From the NCBI GenBank assembly GCA_035627515.1, contig DASPLQ010000012.1:7269-71268 (forward strand): a DNA stretch of 64,000 nt, read 5' to 3'. Positions 20,452 through 31,029 of the stretch are shown in pieces. Source of the stretch: Vitreimonas sp. Lineage in GTDB: Bacteria > Patescibacteriota > Microgenomatia > UBA1400 > PJMF01. A model generated the notes under the pieces. The model did not search any database. It worked only from the letters and a program-made list of their open reading frames with translations, and was not told where the DNA came from. The translations under genes and the position numbers were made by a program. Each line of letters opens with the position of its first letter. Positions within the stretch are counted from its first letter, which is position 1.

Positions 20452-21483
20452 ATGTTACTGCGTGAAGTTCATGAAGAAGAAAAAGCTTTGTATAACGCAG
20501 CGGTTGATCACCCGCTGCAATCATGGGAGTGGGGAGAGTTCCGTAAGAAAACAGGCCTGAAAATAGAACGCGTGGGCTTATTTGATAACAACAAACTCCA
20601 AAAAGGTCTCCAAGTTACATTCCATCCTTTACCATTGATTGGTCAAAATGTGGGCTATTATCCTCGCGGCTTTATGCCTGATGAAGAGCAGCTGGCTGTT
20701 TTAAAACAACTTGGCAAAAAAAACAACGCTTTATTTGTCAAAATGGAGCCCAATATTGCTGAAAAAGTGGGGAACCCTTCTGCTCAATATCAAATTGGGA
20801 AGTTTTTGCTGGCTAATGGTGCCGAACCGGGCCGGCCATTATTCACCAAGTATAGTTTTCAACTTGACCTGACTAAATCTGAGGATGAGTTATTAGCCAA
20901 CTTACACTCCAAAACGCGATATAACGTCAATTTAGCTCAGAAAAAAGGCGTCCAGATCTACGAAAACACCTCAGCTGAAGGCATGGAGCAGTATATCGAT
21001 GTCCTCAAAGAAACCACCAATCGACAAGGCTTTTATGCCCATGGCCCCGAGTACTTCCGTAAAATGTGGGAAGTGGTGGGATCATCAGGGATGATGCGCA
21101 TTTTTCATGGCGTGTATGAAGATCAAATTATTGTCTCATGGGTGATGTTTGTTTTTAATGGCGTGTTGTACTATCCATATGGCGCATCCCGGTCGGCTCA
21201 TCGCGATGTGATGGCCAGCAACTTGATGATGTGGGAAATGATTAAATTTGGCCAAAGCCAAGGGTGTCATCTTTTCGATATGTGGGGCTCCTTAGGGCCA
21301 GAGCCCGATCCTAAAGATCCATGGTTTGGGTTTCACCGTTTCAAAAAAGGCTACGGCGGTGACTTAGTGGAGTTTTTGGGTACCTACGACCTGGTGCTCA
21401 ACCCACCCATTTATAAAGCTTTTCGTGTGGCTGAAAATCTGCGCTGGAAGGTTTTGCGTCTTAAAACTCGCTTAGGTTTGTGA
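20452..21483 (+). CDS. FemAB-family peptidoglycan interpeptide-bridge aminoacyltransferase (FemX/MurM-like)
   Basis: 343 aa. FemAB-like overall pattern (WEWGEFRKKTG..., central coiled insert, C-terminal GNAT-like region FHRFKKGYGGDLVEF). Confidence 0.65.
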   Translation: MLLREVHEEEKALYNAAVDHPLQSWEWGEFRKKTGLKIERVGLFDNNKLQKGLQVTFHPLPLIGQNVGYYPRGFMPDEEQLAVLKQLGKKNNALFVKMEPNIAEKVGNPSAQYQIGKFLLANGAEPGRPLFTKYSFQLDLTKSEDELLANLHSKTRYNVNLAQKKGVQIYENTSAEGMEQYIDVLKETTNRQGFYAHGPEYFRKMWEVVGSSGMMRIFHGVYEDQIIVSWVMFVFNGVLYYPYGASRSAHRDVMASNLMMWEMIKFGQSQGCHLFDMWGSLGPEPDPKDPWFGFHRFKKGYGGDLVEFLGTYDLVLNPPIYKAFRVAENLRWKVLRLKTRLGL

Positions 21484-21504
21484 CATAATCACTGAGTAGA
21501 GAAT

Positions 21505-21918
21505 ATGGAAGAGTTATTCCGCAAATTCGCCGCTCACACTTCACAAGCCGCTGGCTCCTCTCGGATGTTCATCTTGGCCTTACTAGTGATTATTGCCTGG
21601 GCCACCACCGGGCCTCTTTTTAATTTCAGTGATACCTGGCAGCTAGTGATTAATACCGGGACCACAGTGGTCACGTTTTTGATGGTTTTTTTGATTCAAA
21701 ACACCCAAAACCGTGATTCTCGAGCTAGCCATCTCAAGCTGGACGAATTAATTAAATCAGTCAAAGGCGCTCGTAATGAATTATTGAATGTAGAAGAACT
21801 TGCTGATGAAGAGCTGGAGCATCTCCAGGCTGAGTTTCGCTCACTCCAAGAGAAATACATGAAAAGTCATTTTGTGAAAAAGGGTAAATTAAAAATAATT
21901 AAGGAAGTAGTTAAGTAA
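21505..21918 (+). CDS. small 2-TM membrane protein with a C-terminal coiled coil (low-affinity iron permease-like / PF04120-like)
   Basis: FILALLVIIAWATTGPLFNFSDTWQLVINTGTTVVTFLMVFLIQNTQNRD is strongly reminiscent of the bacterial Fet4-like small-protein family. The family call is made from memory. Confidence 0.45.
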   Translation: MEELFRKFAAHTSQAAGSSRMFILALLVIIAWATTGPLFNFSDTWQLVINTGTTVVTFLMVFLIQNTQNRDSRASHLKLDELIKSVKGARNELLNVEELADEELEHLQAEFRSLQEKYMKSHFVKKGKLKIIKEVVK

Positions 21919-21930
21919 TCCAAGGATCTT

Positions 21931-22671
21931 ATGTCTAAACCACGCTTCAAACGTATCATGTTAAAAGTTGGCGGTGAGTCGCTCATTGGCAAACGCGAGT
22001 ACGGCATCGATCCCCAAGCTGCTTTAGACGTTGCTGAACAAATTAAGTCCATTCATGACAGGGGCGTGGAAGTGGCTGTGGTCATTGGTGGCGGCAACAT
22101 CTTCCGCGGCATTGCCGGTTCCAAAAATGGTATCGAGCGGGCCACCGCTGATTACATGGGCATGTTAGCCACCGTAATGAATGCTTTAGCATTACAAGAT
22201 GCCTTAGAAAAAGTGGGCGTCGCTTCTCGCGTTCAATCTGCCTTACAAATGCCAGCTGTGGCTGAAAGCTTTATTCGCCGCCGGGCTATTCGTCACATGG
22301 AAAAAGGTCGAGTGGTCATTTTAGCCGCCGGCACTGGGGTGCCGTATGTCACCACCGATACCGGGGCGTCCCTGCATGCCTTGGAGCTTCATTGTGAAGT
22401 GCTGATGAAAGCTACCAAGGTGAATGGCATTTACGATAAAGATCCTAATAAATACGATGATGCCAAACGTTTCAAGACACTATCATTCAAAGACGCCATC
22501 GAAATGCCTGGGGTCGAAGTCATGGACACCGCAGCGCTAGCCATGTCGAGTGAAAACAGCATGGCAGTAATGGTCTTCGAGCTCTTCGAAAAAGACAACC
22601 TCGAAAAAGCTGTCATGGGCGAAGACATCGGGACTTTTGTCAGCAATGATGTTGAGACAGTGTTTGCGTAA
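21931..22671 (+). CDS. pyrH: UMP kinase
   Basis: MLKVGGESL, VVIGGGNIFRG, and an amino-acid-kinase fold length of 246 aa. AAGGA SD. Confidence 0.9.
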   Translation: MSKPRFKRIMLKVGGESLIGKREYGIDPQAALDVAEQIKSIHDRGVEVAVVIGGGNIFRGIAGSKNGIERATADYMGMLATVMNALALQDALEKVGVASRVQSALQMPAVAESFIRRRAIRHMEKGRVVILAAGTGVPYVTTDTGASLHALELHCEVLMKATKVNGIYDKDPNKYDDAKRFKTLSFKDAIEMPGVEVMDTAALAMSSENSMAVMVFELFEKDNLEKAVMGEDIGTFVSNDVETVFA

Positions 22672-22691
22672 GTGATATCTTTTTCATCTAC

Positions 22692-23483
22692 TTACACTTG
22701 TGAAAGCGAACTCGGCATAACTTCCACTATAGGTTGTGATCTATAGAGCATCCAAAGCACCAGTGCTCGATCCCATTCCCATAAACCTCCCATTGAGAGG
22801 CGAGGGCCACCATCTTTCGATCTTATACTTTCAGATAATAGAATAATGTTATCGGCAATATTCACCCCCAAATATCGCATCAACAAGATAAAGAGCAAAT
22901 CTGAAGAAAGATCTCTAAAAGTGCTGACCTCTGAAATTTTCCCTGACAATGCCTGAAGAAAATTAACTCCATATAAAACGCCGTACATACTGACATCGCC
23001 TCGTGCCATTGTGCCCATCAAATTTTTCATGCCTGCGGAAATAATTGCCTTTTTTAGCGCTTCATCAACCTCCCAAGCCCACCCAGCGGGATCAGTTATT
23101 TCCTTATTTCCAGCCACTATTCGGTGTTGGACCTCATTACGATTTAACTCAATATGCAAAGTAGGCCAGATAGCTCGCTTGCGTTGTGAAGTAATACCAG
23201 CGTATTCTAACTTATGCTCAGCAGTAGGCACTATTTCGACATGGGTTGAACTACCTACTAACTCACTTCCAATTGCTCCACTGGGAATAATCCCCACTCG
23301 AGTAGTTCTGCCCTTAAGGTTTGCTCCCACAAAAATTTGACGAAAACCAGCAATTCTTCGTAATACATTAAGATGTTTAACTCTGACACCAATTTCTTCG
23401 TTAAGTTGAAAGGGTAATAGTCCTTCATAAAAAAATATTTGGTTAGTTTTCGTGGTAGAGAGTGGTGTAAGTTCTGCTGACAT
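22692..23483 (-). CDS. hypothetical protein (263 aa)
   Basis: Long ORF in a convergent arrangement with pyrH. No confident family. Confidence 0.45.
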   Translation of the reverse strand: MSAELTPLSTTKTNQIFFYEGLLPFQLNEEIGVRVKHLNVLRRIAGFRQIFVGANLKGRTTRVGIIPSGAIGSELVGSSTHVEIVPTAEHKLEYAGITSQRKRAIWPTLHIELNRNEVQHRIVAGNKEITDPAGWAWEVDEALKKAIISAGMKNLMGTMARGDVSMYGVLYGVNFLQALSGKISEVSTFRDLSSDLLFILLMRYLGVNIADNIILLSESIRSKDGGPRLSMGGLWEWDRALVLWMLYRSQPIVEVMPSSLSQV

Positions 23484-23610
23484 ATTTTTATATTGCGATT
23501 ATATCTTATCTATATCAAAATATATCTTTTGATAGGAAGGTCTGGTGTTTCAGTTGTGAAGTGCTCAATTTTAGACCATAATAAGGTTACAGATTTTAAG
23601 GAACATTTAT

Positions 23611-24678
23611 ATGAATGACACTCTCAAAATTTTTGGTATTAATGGCTTTGGCAGAATTGGCCGCACCGCTTTTCGTGTCTGGTGGCATAAACATGCCCAT
23701 GAGCTAGATTTAAAAGTAATTAACACATCAGGATCGATGGATATTGAGGACTGGGTACATTTGTTGAAGTATGATTCCAACTATGGCATCTTTGATGCTG
23801 ATTTAAGTTATCACAAAGAACGAACCACCAAAGAAGTGAGTGATGAAAACCCAGTACTGGGGAGCTTGATTGTTCGTGATGGCAGCAGGGGAGAGCGGAA
23901 GATTTTAATTACTGCCCAGCGCGACCCTGCCAAAATTCCTTGGGGCAGCAACGGGGTAGAGACTGTCATCGATTCAACCGGGGTGTTTATCACTCAAGAG
24001 AAAGCCAGCTTACATCTCCAAGGCGGTGCTAAAACTGTGGTTATCTCAGCTCCTCCCAAAGGCGGCAACATTGAAACTGGCATCATTGGCGTCAATCAAT
24101 TTTCGCACGATGTGACTGTCGTCTCGAATGCATCCTGTACTACTAATTGTGTGGCGCCCGTGGCTTCAATTGTGCATCATGTGTTTGGCGTCAAAAAAGC
24201 CATGATGACCACTGTCCACTCGTATACCGATGATCAAAACTTGCACGACAACTCACATAAAGATATGCGTCGCGCCCGTGCCGCCGCCCAAAACATTGTG
24301 CCTACCTCGACAGGCGCTGCCATTTCCGTGACGGAAATCATTCCCGAACTGAAAGGTATGTTCGATGGCTTAGCGATCCGTGTCCCGACTGCAGTCGGCT
24401 CACTCTCTGATATGGTCTTTGTAACAGCCAGACCTACGAGTATTGAAGAAGTTAATAAAATCTTGATCGAAGCCAGCCAGCAAGAGCAATGGCGCGGCGT
24501 GTTAGCCGTCACTGACGAGGCCATTGTTTCCAGTGACATCAAAGGCCGCCCCGAGTCATCGATTGTTGATCTGTCTCTGACCAACGTCATTGGCGGAGAT
24601 TTAGTCAAAATCGTCAGTTGGTACGATAACGAGTTTGGGTACTGCAACCGGTTGATTGAGCAAGTGGTACGAGTCTAG
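23611..24678 (+). CDS. gap: glyceraldehyde-3-phosphate dehydrogenase
   Basis: NGFGRIGR NAD-binding motif and catalytic SNASCTTNCVAP. AAGGAACA SD. Confidence 0.9.
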   Translation: MNDTLKIFGINGFGRIGRTAFRVWWHKHAHELDLKVINTSGSMDIEDWVHLLKYDSNYGIFDADLSYHKERTTKEVSDENPVLGSLIVRDGSRGERKILITAQRDPAKIPWGSNGVETVIDSTGVFITQEKASLHLQGGAKTVVISAPPKGGNIETGIIGVNQFSHDVTVVSNASCTTNCVAPVASIVHHVFGVKKAMMTTVHSYTDDQNLHDNSHKDMRRARAAAQNIVPTSTGAAISVTEIIPELKGMFDGLAIRVPTAVGSLSDMVFVTARPTSIEEVNKILIEASQQEQWRGVLAVTDEAIVSSDIKGRPESSIVDLSLTNVIGGDLVKIVSWYDNEFGYCNRLIEQVVRV

Positions 24679-24747
24679 TGTTTGCTATTTTTTTAATAGC
24701 ACATTTTTCTTTCATGTAGGTTGAGCTGTATAATCCATGCTCAGTAC

Positions 24748-26154
24748 ATGCCAAAAATCAGTTGCCAACTTGATACTACCCTTTACCAAGCTTTTAGCGC
24801 TAAAGCTGCTCGGCTCGGCTATCCAAAATCTAAGGTCCTCCGGACTTGGTTATCAGCTGCCACTATACATTTAAATTTATCTGAAAATAAAGCGAGTGGT
24901 AAAAAAAGTCTTTACACGGTGACACTTTCGCCAGCAGAAATTACCAAACTCAAAAACCTATCCACCCAGTTTAATCTAAGTCTCACTAAAACCATTCATT
25001 TTCTCATTCTCAATAATGTCGAACTGGGTACTACTCATGCTCCAGAGTTACCACAGCACACTAATAATAATCTCAAATACTTATGGCAAAACGGACAGCT
25101 GCTCGAAATTATTCGCTTAGGCGAAAATCAGTACGAATCACTGTGTGTGCCAGACTTGCTCTATCTAGTTCAAGCCTACTCTAAAGTTGGTCGCTTTGAT
25201 AAAGGCACCTCTGTTTTAACTCATATTGACGCTCACAGACTTATTTCACCTCACTCACCGCACTATACGTCTTTTTTATCCTTAAAGGCTTCATGCTTAA
25301 TTCATTCCTCACAGGATGCCGCCGCATGCCATCAACTCCTCAACTTGGCTTTTAAAATAGCACATCAAAAACGAGATCGTCTGGGGTTAGGAATTATTCA
25401 CCGAACTTTAGGAACCGTTTATTTTTATGAGGAAAAAATTCAACTTTCGCTAAACAACTATTTGCTGTCACTCGATTATCTTGACCCCCTTGAGCATCCT
25501 CTTGAGTTTACCCATTCATTACTTCATTTAAGCCGCATTTATATCGGTCAAAAAAACATTCACTTAGCTAGTTACTATTTACAAAAAATAGCCACCATTT
25601 TAGAAACAAATCCTAATGACTGCTATAACGCCTGGTATCAACTACAGTTAAGTCGGCATTACCTTCAACTTGGGCAATATTCGGCTGTTCTTAGCACAGC
25701 TCAAAAATCAGAAGACCTTAATCTTCGCTGCGGCAGTCAGTTTGGCTTAACTCAATCCTATCGAGAAAGGGCACAAGCCTATTTATCACTGGGGCACAAG
25801 GATAATGCGCTTAATTTATTTCATCAATCGTTTCTAATTGATAAAAAACTACGGCCCAACTCCTACCATCGTTCTAACTTTTACGAACTCTATTTGCGCA
25901 TTGAAAAAAAAGATGAAACAGCGAAGAGGGAACTTTTTCATTTAGCTCACCACCAACTTAATACACAATCAATCATGCCCGACTTTCGAAAATATATTTA
26001 TTTTTCTACTGCCTATATTTTGGGCAAAGGTAAAGAAGAGCAACTAGCCGGCGCCACAGGCTTAAAACACTTACATCAAACTAGCAGCTATCCTGGCATG
26101 AACCAAGCTACGCTATCGGTACTGCAAACTGCCCAACTCCAACCTTTAGTGTAA
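24748..26154 (+). CDS. tandem-RHH + TPR-like putative transcriptional regulator (paralog of 35504-36925 and 38522-39931)
   Basis: N-terminal KISCQLDTTLYQAFSAKAARLGYPKSKVLRTWL (strand-helix-helix). A second RHH-like unit YTVTLSPAEITKLKNLSTQFNLSLTKTIHFLI. The C-terminal ~330 aa are helical repeats conserved with the two other long paralogs (YIGQKN, LRP..YHRS.F..LY.R). Start placed at MPKIS. Confidence 0.55.
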   Translation: MPKISCQLDTTLYQAFSAKAARLGYPKSKVLRTWLSAATIHLNLSENKASGKKSLYTVTLSPAEITKLKNLSTQFNLSLTKTIHFLILNNVELGTTHAPELPQHTNNNLKYLWQNGQLLEIIRLGENQYESLCVPDLLYLVQAYSKVGRFDKGTSVLTHIDAHRLISPHSPHYTSFLSLKASCLIHSSQDAAACHQLLNLAFKIAHQKRDRLGLGIIHRTLGTVYFYEEKIQLSLNNYLLSLDYLDPLEHPLEFTHSLLHLSRIYIGQKNIHLASYYLQKIATILETNPNDCYNAWYQLQLSRHYLQLGQYSAVLSTAQKSEDLNLRCGSQFGLTQSYRERAQAYLSLGHKDNALNLFHQSFLIDKKLRPNSYHRSNFYELYLRIEKKDETAKRELFHLAHHQLNTQSIMPDFRKYIYFSTAYILGKGKEEQLAGATGLKHLHQTSSYPGMNQATLSVLQTAQLQPLV

Positions 26155-26207
26155 ACAACTCTCCTCACGCTACAGTTTAGTAAAGAATCGTGAGCTATGC
26201 TGCGAGC

Positions 26208-27713
26208 ATGTTGTCACGGACATATTCCTTAATGTTGGATGGTCTTAAGCCCGTCAAAATCGAGGTTGAGATCGATAGTTATCGAGGTGTGCCAGGGCTG
26301 ACCTTAATTGGATTGACCACTAAGGCAGTTGATGAAGCCAAAGAACGTATCATGGCTGCGCTGGCCAACTGTGGTCTAAGAATGAAAAGTCGTCGCACTG
26401 TGGTTAATTTAGCACCTGCTGACTTAAAAAAAACTGGCTCCTTATTTGAACTTGCAATTGTAGTGGGTTTATTAAAAATGATGGGGGAAGTAGAAGCTTT
26501 CACCGACGATACTATCTTTTTTGGTGAACTATCTTTAGATGGCGATTTAAAGCCCATTAAAGGTGCTTTACCACTCACCCTGGCTGCTAAGAGTTTGGGG
26601 TTCAAACGAGTGATTCTGCCTGCAGAGAACGGAGCTGAAGTCTCCATTGTGTCCGGCATTGAAATTTATTGCCTTCGCCATCTGCGAGATTATTTAGCCT
26701 TAGCTAGAGGCGATGAACCTCTCCAACGACTACAACCCTCACCCTTTATCCCTATTGCTCATACTACTTTTGCGATTACTCCGCAGGATATTATTGGTCA
26801 GTATCAAGCCAAACGCGCCCTAGAAATTTCTGCCGCTGGAGGGCACAACATATTGATGATGGGCCCGCCGGGAGCCGGCAAAAGTTTGTTAGCTAAATCA
26901 CTCCTGTCAATCCTCCCACCTTTAAATGAAGCTGAAGCAATTGCTGTGACCACTATTTACTCTATCGCCGGGTTACTGAGTAGTGGCTTAATTACCCAAC
27001 GTCCTTTTCGTTCACCTCATCACACCACTTCAGCTATCGGACTCTTAGGTGGCAGCACAACTATGCGACCGGGAGAAATTTCGTTAGCGCACCGGGGAGT
27101 GTTATTTTTGGATGAAATTCCCGAATTCTCAAAAATTGCCTTGGAGTCACTACGCCAACCACTTGAAGATGGCCACATTACTATCTCCCGAGCCACTGGT
27201 ACGGCCACCTACCCGGCATCTTTTTCATTGTTGGCAGCTGCTAATCATTGTCCTTGTGGCTATTACCAAACTAATCAGGTTTGTCACTGCACACCACACG
27301 TCATTAAGTCTTATCAACAGCGCCTATCAGGTCCACTTTTAGATCGGATTGACCTTCATCTTTCGGTCAAAGCCGTGGAACTCAATCAACTTAAGCAGAG
27401 CTTTAAAATGGAAAATAGAGAAACTTTATCGGTACTCCAGCAAAAGGTTATTACAGCTCGTGAAACCCAAGCTCGTCGATATCAAAGCACACCATACACC
27501 ACAAATCATGAACTCAAAGCCAGAGATGTCACCCAGTTTTGTAAGCTGCATCCTGAAGCTTACCGACAGTTATTAGTCGCAGCTCGCCAACACCATTTCT
27601 CTGCTCGAGCTTTTCATAAAACGATAAAAGTTGCGCGAACCATTGCAGATTTAGTAGGGGAGAAGGTCATTGGTCCACCACATATTTCAGAGGCATTGCA
27701 GTATAGAAATTAA
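26208..27713 (+). CDS. comM: Mg-chelatase-like AAA+ protein YifB/ComM
   Basis: N-terminal Lon-like domain, Walker A GPPGAGKS, Walker B VLFLDE, a C4 zinc-finger-like motif CPCGYYQTNQVCHC, and a C-terminal ChlI domain. Confidence 0.8.
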   Translation: MLSRTYSLMLDGLKPVKIEVEIDSYRGVPGLTLIGLTTKAVDEAKERIMAALANCGLRMKSRRTVVNLAPADLKKTGSLFELAIVVGLLKMMGEVEAFTDDTIFFGELSLDGDLKPIKGALPLTLAAKSLGFKRVILPAENGAEVSIVSGIEIYCLRHLRDYLALARGDEPLQRLQPSPFIPIAHTTFAITPQDIIGQYQAKRALEISAAGGHNILMMGPPGAGKSLLAKSLLSILPPLNEAEAIAVTTIYSIAGLLSSGLITQRPFRSPHHTTSAIGLLGGSTTMRPGEISLAHRGVLFLDEIPEFSKIALESLRQPLEDGHITISRATGTATYPASFSLLAAANHCPCGYYQTNQVCHCTPHVIKSYQQRLSGPLLDRIDLHLSVKAVELNQLKQSFKMENRETLSVLQQKVITARETQARRYQSTPYTTNHELKARDVTQFCKLHPEAYRQLLVAARQHHFSARAFHKTIKVARTIADLVGEKVIGPPHISEALQYRN

Positions 27714-28556
27714 TTAAAGTTGGGCTGCTCTAAAAAATTGTCTAACTAAATCGGCGGTTGCTTGTGGATTTTGTTGTTGAACAATCAGCGATGCCAACCT
27801 GTTCCCCAACTCCCCTGATTGAGAGATTTCCAAACCATTTTTCTCTGCCCATAAAAAGCCTGCAGCAAAGGCATCTCCGGCTCCAGTCTCATCAATTACC
27901 TCTACAGGTATAACCGGGATTTCATGAACCAAGGCATTCTTTTTTATGATTGTAGAGTTTTTACCCCTGGTTACTACTAAGACTTGTCCTGGTTTTTGTT
28001 CCGTATCACTCATATTTAAAAGATAGCCATTTGTTAATAAGTGATGATACTCTTTTTCGTTTAAAAAAAGATAATTGGCTCGGGCATTTATTTCAGATAA
28101 TCCTTGAGGATTTTGATACACCCAACTTCCTGGATTAACAGCTAATACTTGTTCATTATTTAACTGCTCAATTACTCTCAAAGAAAAACTACTTTCACAC
28201 ATTCCTAGATAAACTAATCCTGCTGAACTTAGAACGTTCTTTGAAACTGGCGATTGCTCATATTGTTCAGTCAAGCCATTGTCTATCCATTTAATTCCCT
28301 CCGTGGTTACACTACAACACGGCAAATCTTCTAAAAGTTGTGAAAAAATAAAAACATCGATTCCCATTTTCTTTAAGTAATTTTCATACTCACGGGCTTC
28401 ATTCGTGTCACTGCTCGCGGTATACAAAGCTACCTCTGATCCTAAGAAGTATGTGGCAACTGCAACATTCGGAGCACATCCACCCCAGAATTTTTCTCCT
28501 TTAATAACATCAGATACCATTGAGCCAACAGCTAATAAATCAAATTCTTTTCTCAT
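27714..28556 (-). CDS. PfkB-family carbohydrate/nucleoside kinase (ribokinase-like)
   Basis: GAGDAFAAGF anion-hole motif near the C-terminus, 280 aa. It is the last gene of a 4-gene minus-strand operon. Confidence 0.7.
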   Translation of the reverse strand: MRKEFDLLAVGSMVSDVIKGEKFWGGCAPNVAVATYFLGSEVALYTASSDTNEAREYENYLKKMGIDVFIFSQLLEDLPCCSVTTEGIKWIDNGLTEQYEQSPVSKNVLSSAGLVYLGMCESSFSLRVIEQLNNEQVLAVNPGSWVYQNPQGLSEINARANYLFLNEKEYHHLLTNGYLLNMSDTEQKPGQVLVVTRGKNSTIIKKNALVHEIPVIPVEVIDETGAGDAFAAGFLWAEKNGLEISQSGELGNRLASLIVQQQNPQATADLVRQFFRAAQL

Positions 28557-28568
28557 AATTATCAGTAC

Positions 28569-30392
28569 TCAATAAAGTTCTACCATTGATTTCTCAAGTA
28601 CCTTAAAAGGTTCAAAACGAGGGTTTTGTAATTTTGCAAACAACTCTACAGTTGGAAGTAAGGGGATCTTGCTTCTGAGTTTTTTATGATTTGGAGCTTG
28701 TTCAAGTCTTCTATTAGTCACGTGCTCGTAGCACACCTGATCTCCAACCATTTTTTCTATAAAAGTATGTTGTAAAGGTTTAAGCAAAACAGGATTGTCA
28801 AAACCTCCTGAAGTCATTGAGACACCAGTGGCATAAGAAGGTGTAAACGCTGACATTACTCCTTGAACTTCGGGATAATGTGCTGCTAAATATTTAAAAG
28901 TTAAAGAAAACATGCTGCTACTAGTGTTCCCAGGTGTACCAGGTCTGCTGTAGAGTCGGGTTAGGTCATAACATTTTCTCGGATCATACCCTTTCATTAA
29001 TAACGTATTCTGCTTATAGGCACGATCTATACGATCTAAAGCTAACACTGAAAAGGGGATTTCCTCACCTTGGATAAATAAACCAAATGCTTTATCAGCT
29101 CGTGGGGTATGAATATAGTGCAAATCACCATGAAACTGTGCCCCCCAATTATTGTCAATTTCTCTAAATTCAAGTGGTATCTGCATTGAAGCACTAGTTA
29201 CACCCTCTTCCTGAATTGCCATCACCTCTCCGTTACGTTTCTGAATTACCCATCCTTGTTCAGCAAAAATTCCACTAGGAGTTAAGATTTCCTTTAAGGG
29301 CAATTCGCTTTTTGATAATCTATCTGCAATTAATAAATACTGTTCTTCAATAATTTTAGTTACTAATGATTTGTTAAGATTAAATTTTTTAACAAAATTC
29401 TCCTCTAAGCACAAGATGTTTCTCCAATTTTTATAAGCACCCATTTTATAAAGATATTCATCAAGTTCTTCACCATTTTCGAAAATTTCAGAGATTGAAA
29501 ATGTACTCAACCTAAACAGTGTTTGATACTTCAGATCCTGTTGATCGCATAATAAGTTATGATATTGAACAAAAGCTTTTACGAGAGGAGCTACTTGTTC
29601 TCGAAGATGTGACCCTAAATAATCAGTGGGCCAATTTTCTAAACCAAATTTAGGAAACAACATTATTTCATGGCGATCAATCTTATCGGCTAATGCTTCC
29701 CGACGAGATTCGTAACTAGTAAATTGAACTGCTTCACGCATAACTCCAAATCGAATTACATTAGGGTCTTTTGACCTGATAATTCGATCAGAATCGCGCA
29801 TAAATTGTGGCTTTAAGTTATCTGTGTCTGGATTAACAACAGTAATTTTTGGCCCATTAATAGATATTTGATCTGGAGATTTTTGATTGATTATTAAACC
29901 CTGACTATGATCAACAAAGTCTGTGATATAACTCAGTAATCTACCTAAAATCATGCTGTCCTCAGATAAAGTGGTAGCCATTTCCTGAACCCGACTCTGT
30001 GCTTCAAGTGTTTTGCATTCACCTATAATATCGATTCCTGAATTATTTTTATCACTTATTTTTAGCTCATTCTTTTCATTCACACTTATATCTAAAGTAT
30101 TTAATATCTGTTCACAGATTTTTCCTCGCTCTTGTTTTTTACTTTTACCTACAGGGAGCTCAATGTTATCACGATGAATAATGTAGGCTAAGCTCAAAAA
30201 AAAGTCCTCAAATAAAACAGGTGCAAAGCCGCTCTCAGCCATACTATTTTTAAGATCACTACCACTTTTTGATTTATCACCTAAGGTCAAACCAATATTT
30301 AAACTACTTAAATTATCGCGCTTGTGATCCTTTGTCATCCTTGAAAAAGTAGTTGATGGTGGTTCAACGAAGAGTTTGTTGTCTTTGTACAT
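28569..30392 (-). CDS. hypothetical protein (607 aa), no recognisable family
   Basis: Long ORF, 6 nt downstream of the P-loop gene and 12 nt upstream of the pfkB gene. No TM segment or signal peptide. Confidence 0.55.
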   Translation of the reverse strand: MYKDNKLFVEPPSTTFSRMTKDHKRDNLSSLNIGLTLGDKSKSGSDLKNSMAESGFAPVLFEDFFLSLAYIIHRDNIELPVGKSKKQERGKICEQILNTLDISVNEKNELKISDKNNSGIDIIGECKTLEAQSRVQEMATTLSEDSMILGRLLSYITDFVDHSQGLIINQKSPDQISINGPKITVVNPDTDNLKPQFMRDSDRIIRSKDPNVIRFGVMREAVQFTSYESRREALADKIDRHEIMLFPKFGLENWPTDYLGSHLREQVAPLVKAFVQYHNLLCDQQDLKYQTLFRLSTFSISEIFENGEELDEYLYKMGAYKNWRNILCLEENFVKKFNLNKSLVTKIIEEQYLLIADRLSKSELPLKEILTPSGIFAEQGWVIQKRNGEVMAIQEEGVTSASMQIPLEFREIDNNWGAQFHGDLHYIHTPRADKAFGLFIQGEEIPFSVLALDRIDRAYKQNTLLMKGYDPRKCYDLTRLYSRPGTPGNTSSSMFSLTFKYLAAHYPEVQGVMSAFTPSYATGVSMTSGGFDNPVLLKPLQHTFIEKMVGDQVCYEHVTNRRLEQAPNHKKLRSKIPLLPTVELFAKLQNPRFEPFKVLEKSMVELY

Positions 30393-30398
30393 ATATCT

Positions 30399-31028
30399 TT
30401 ACCTCAAATAAGTGTTAGTTTCTTCCGCGATGACAGAGACCGAACGATCTGTAAAAGCAGGGTCGTTATTAATTACTATTAGTCCCAAACCTAAGCTTTG
30501 TGCTAAACCATAAGTCATCAAGTAAGCTAAATTTTGATGCATCTGAATTTGATCTAAGGTTTCAGTCGGCCTTTGTCGCCTGCTATTTTCAGCTTGACGC
30601 CATGCTTGAATTAATTCAGGCGCACTCCTAACAAAAATATACTCGTGAGGATTAATTATTTTTTCATTACCAGGGTTAAGTTGCATTTTCCCTTTGGTGA
30701 AAAAAGCGACATGAGCTAAATTTAGTGCCGGTTGTAAAGCCAGGAGACTCGCAATTGCCATTGAGACACTATCATCAATTTCCTCCGATGATAAATTTTT
30801 CATCGCGTCACGATTGTCAATTTTTGTAGCTGATGGAGCTGCTGTCAGAAAATTAAAAAGCTCAGTTCCAAAGTTAAAGATAGTTACCTCATCAAACCAT
30901 GTGTTCTTATAATGAGTCAGGGCTTGACCTACTAAATAGTCTTTGCCTGAACCTGATACACCTGTGACAGTGATTATGTTATTTTTCTTAGTTGTTGATG
31001 GCTTAAGAATTCGCTCAACTGTAGACAT
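30399..31028 (-). CDS. P-loop NTPase / small kinase-like protein
   Basis: Start chosen at MSTVERI, with the ATG 1 nt after the greA-like stop. Walker A TVTGVSGSGKDYL. About 210 aa, typical of NMP/sugar kinase-like P-loop proteins. Confidence 0.5.
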   Translation of the reverse strand: MSTVERILKPSTTKKNNIITVTGVSGSGKDYLVGQALTHYKNTWFDEVTIFNFGTELFNFLTAAPSATKIDNRDAMKNLSSEEIDDSVSMAIASLLALQPALNLAHVAFFTKGKMQLNPGNEKIINPHEYIFVRSAPELIQAWRQAENSRRQRPTETLDQIQMHQNLAYLMTYGLAQSLGLGLIVINNDPAFTDRSVSVIAEETNTYLR

Positions 31029-31029
31029 A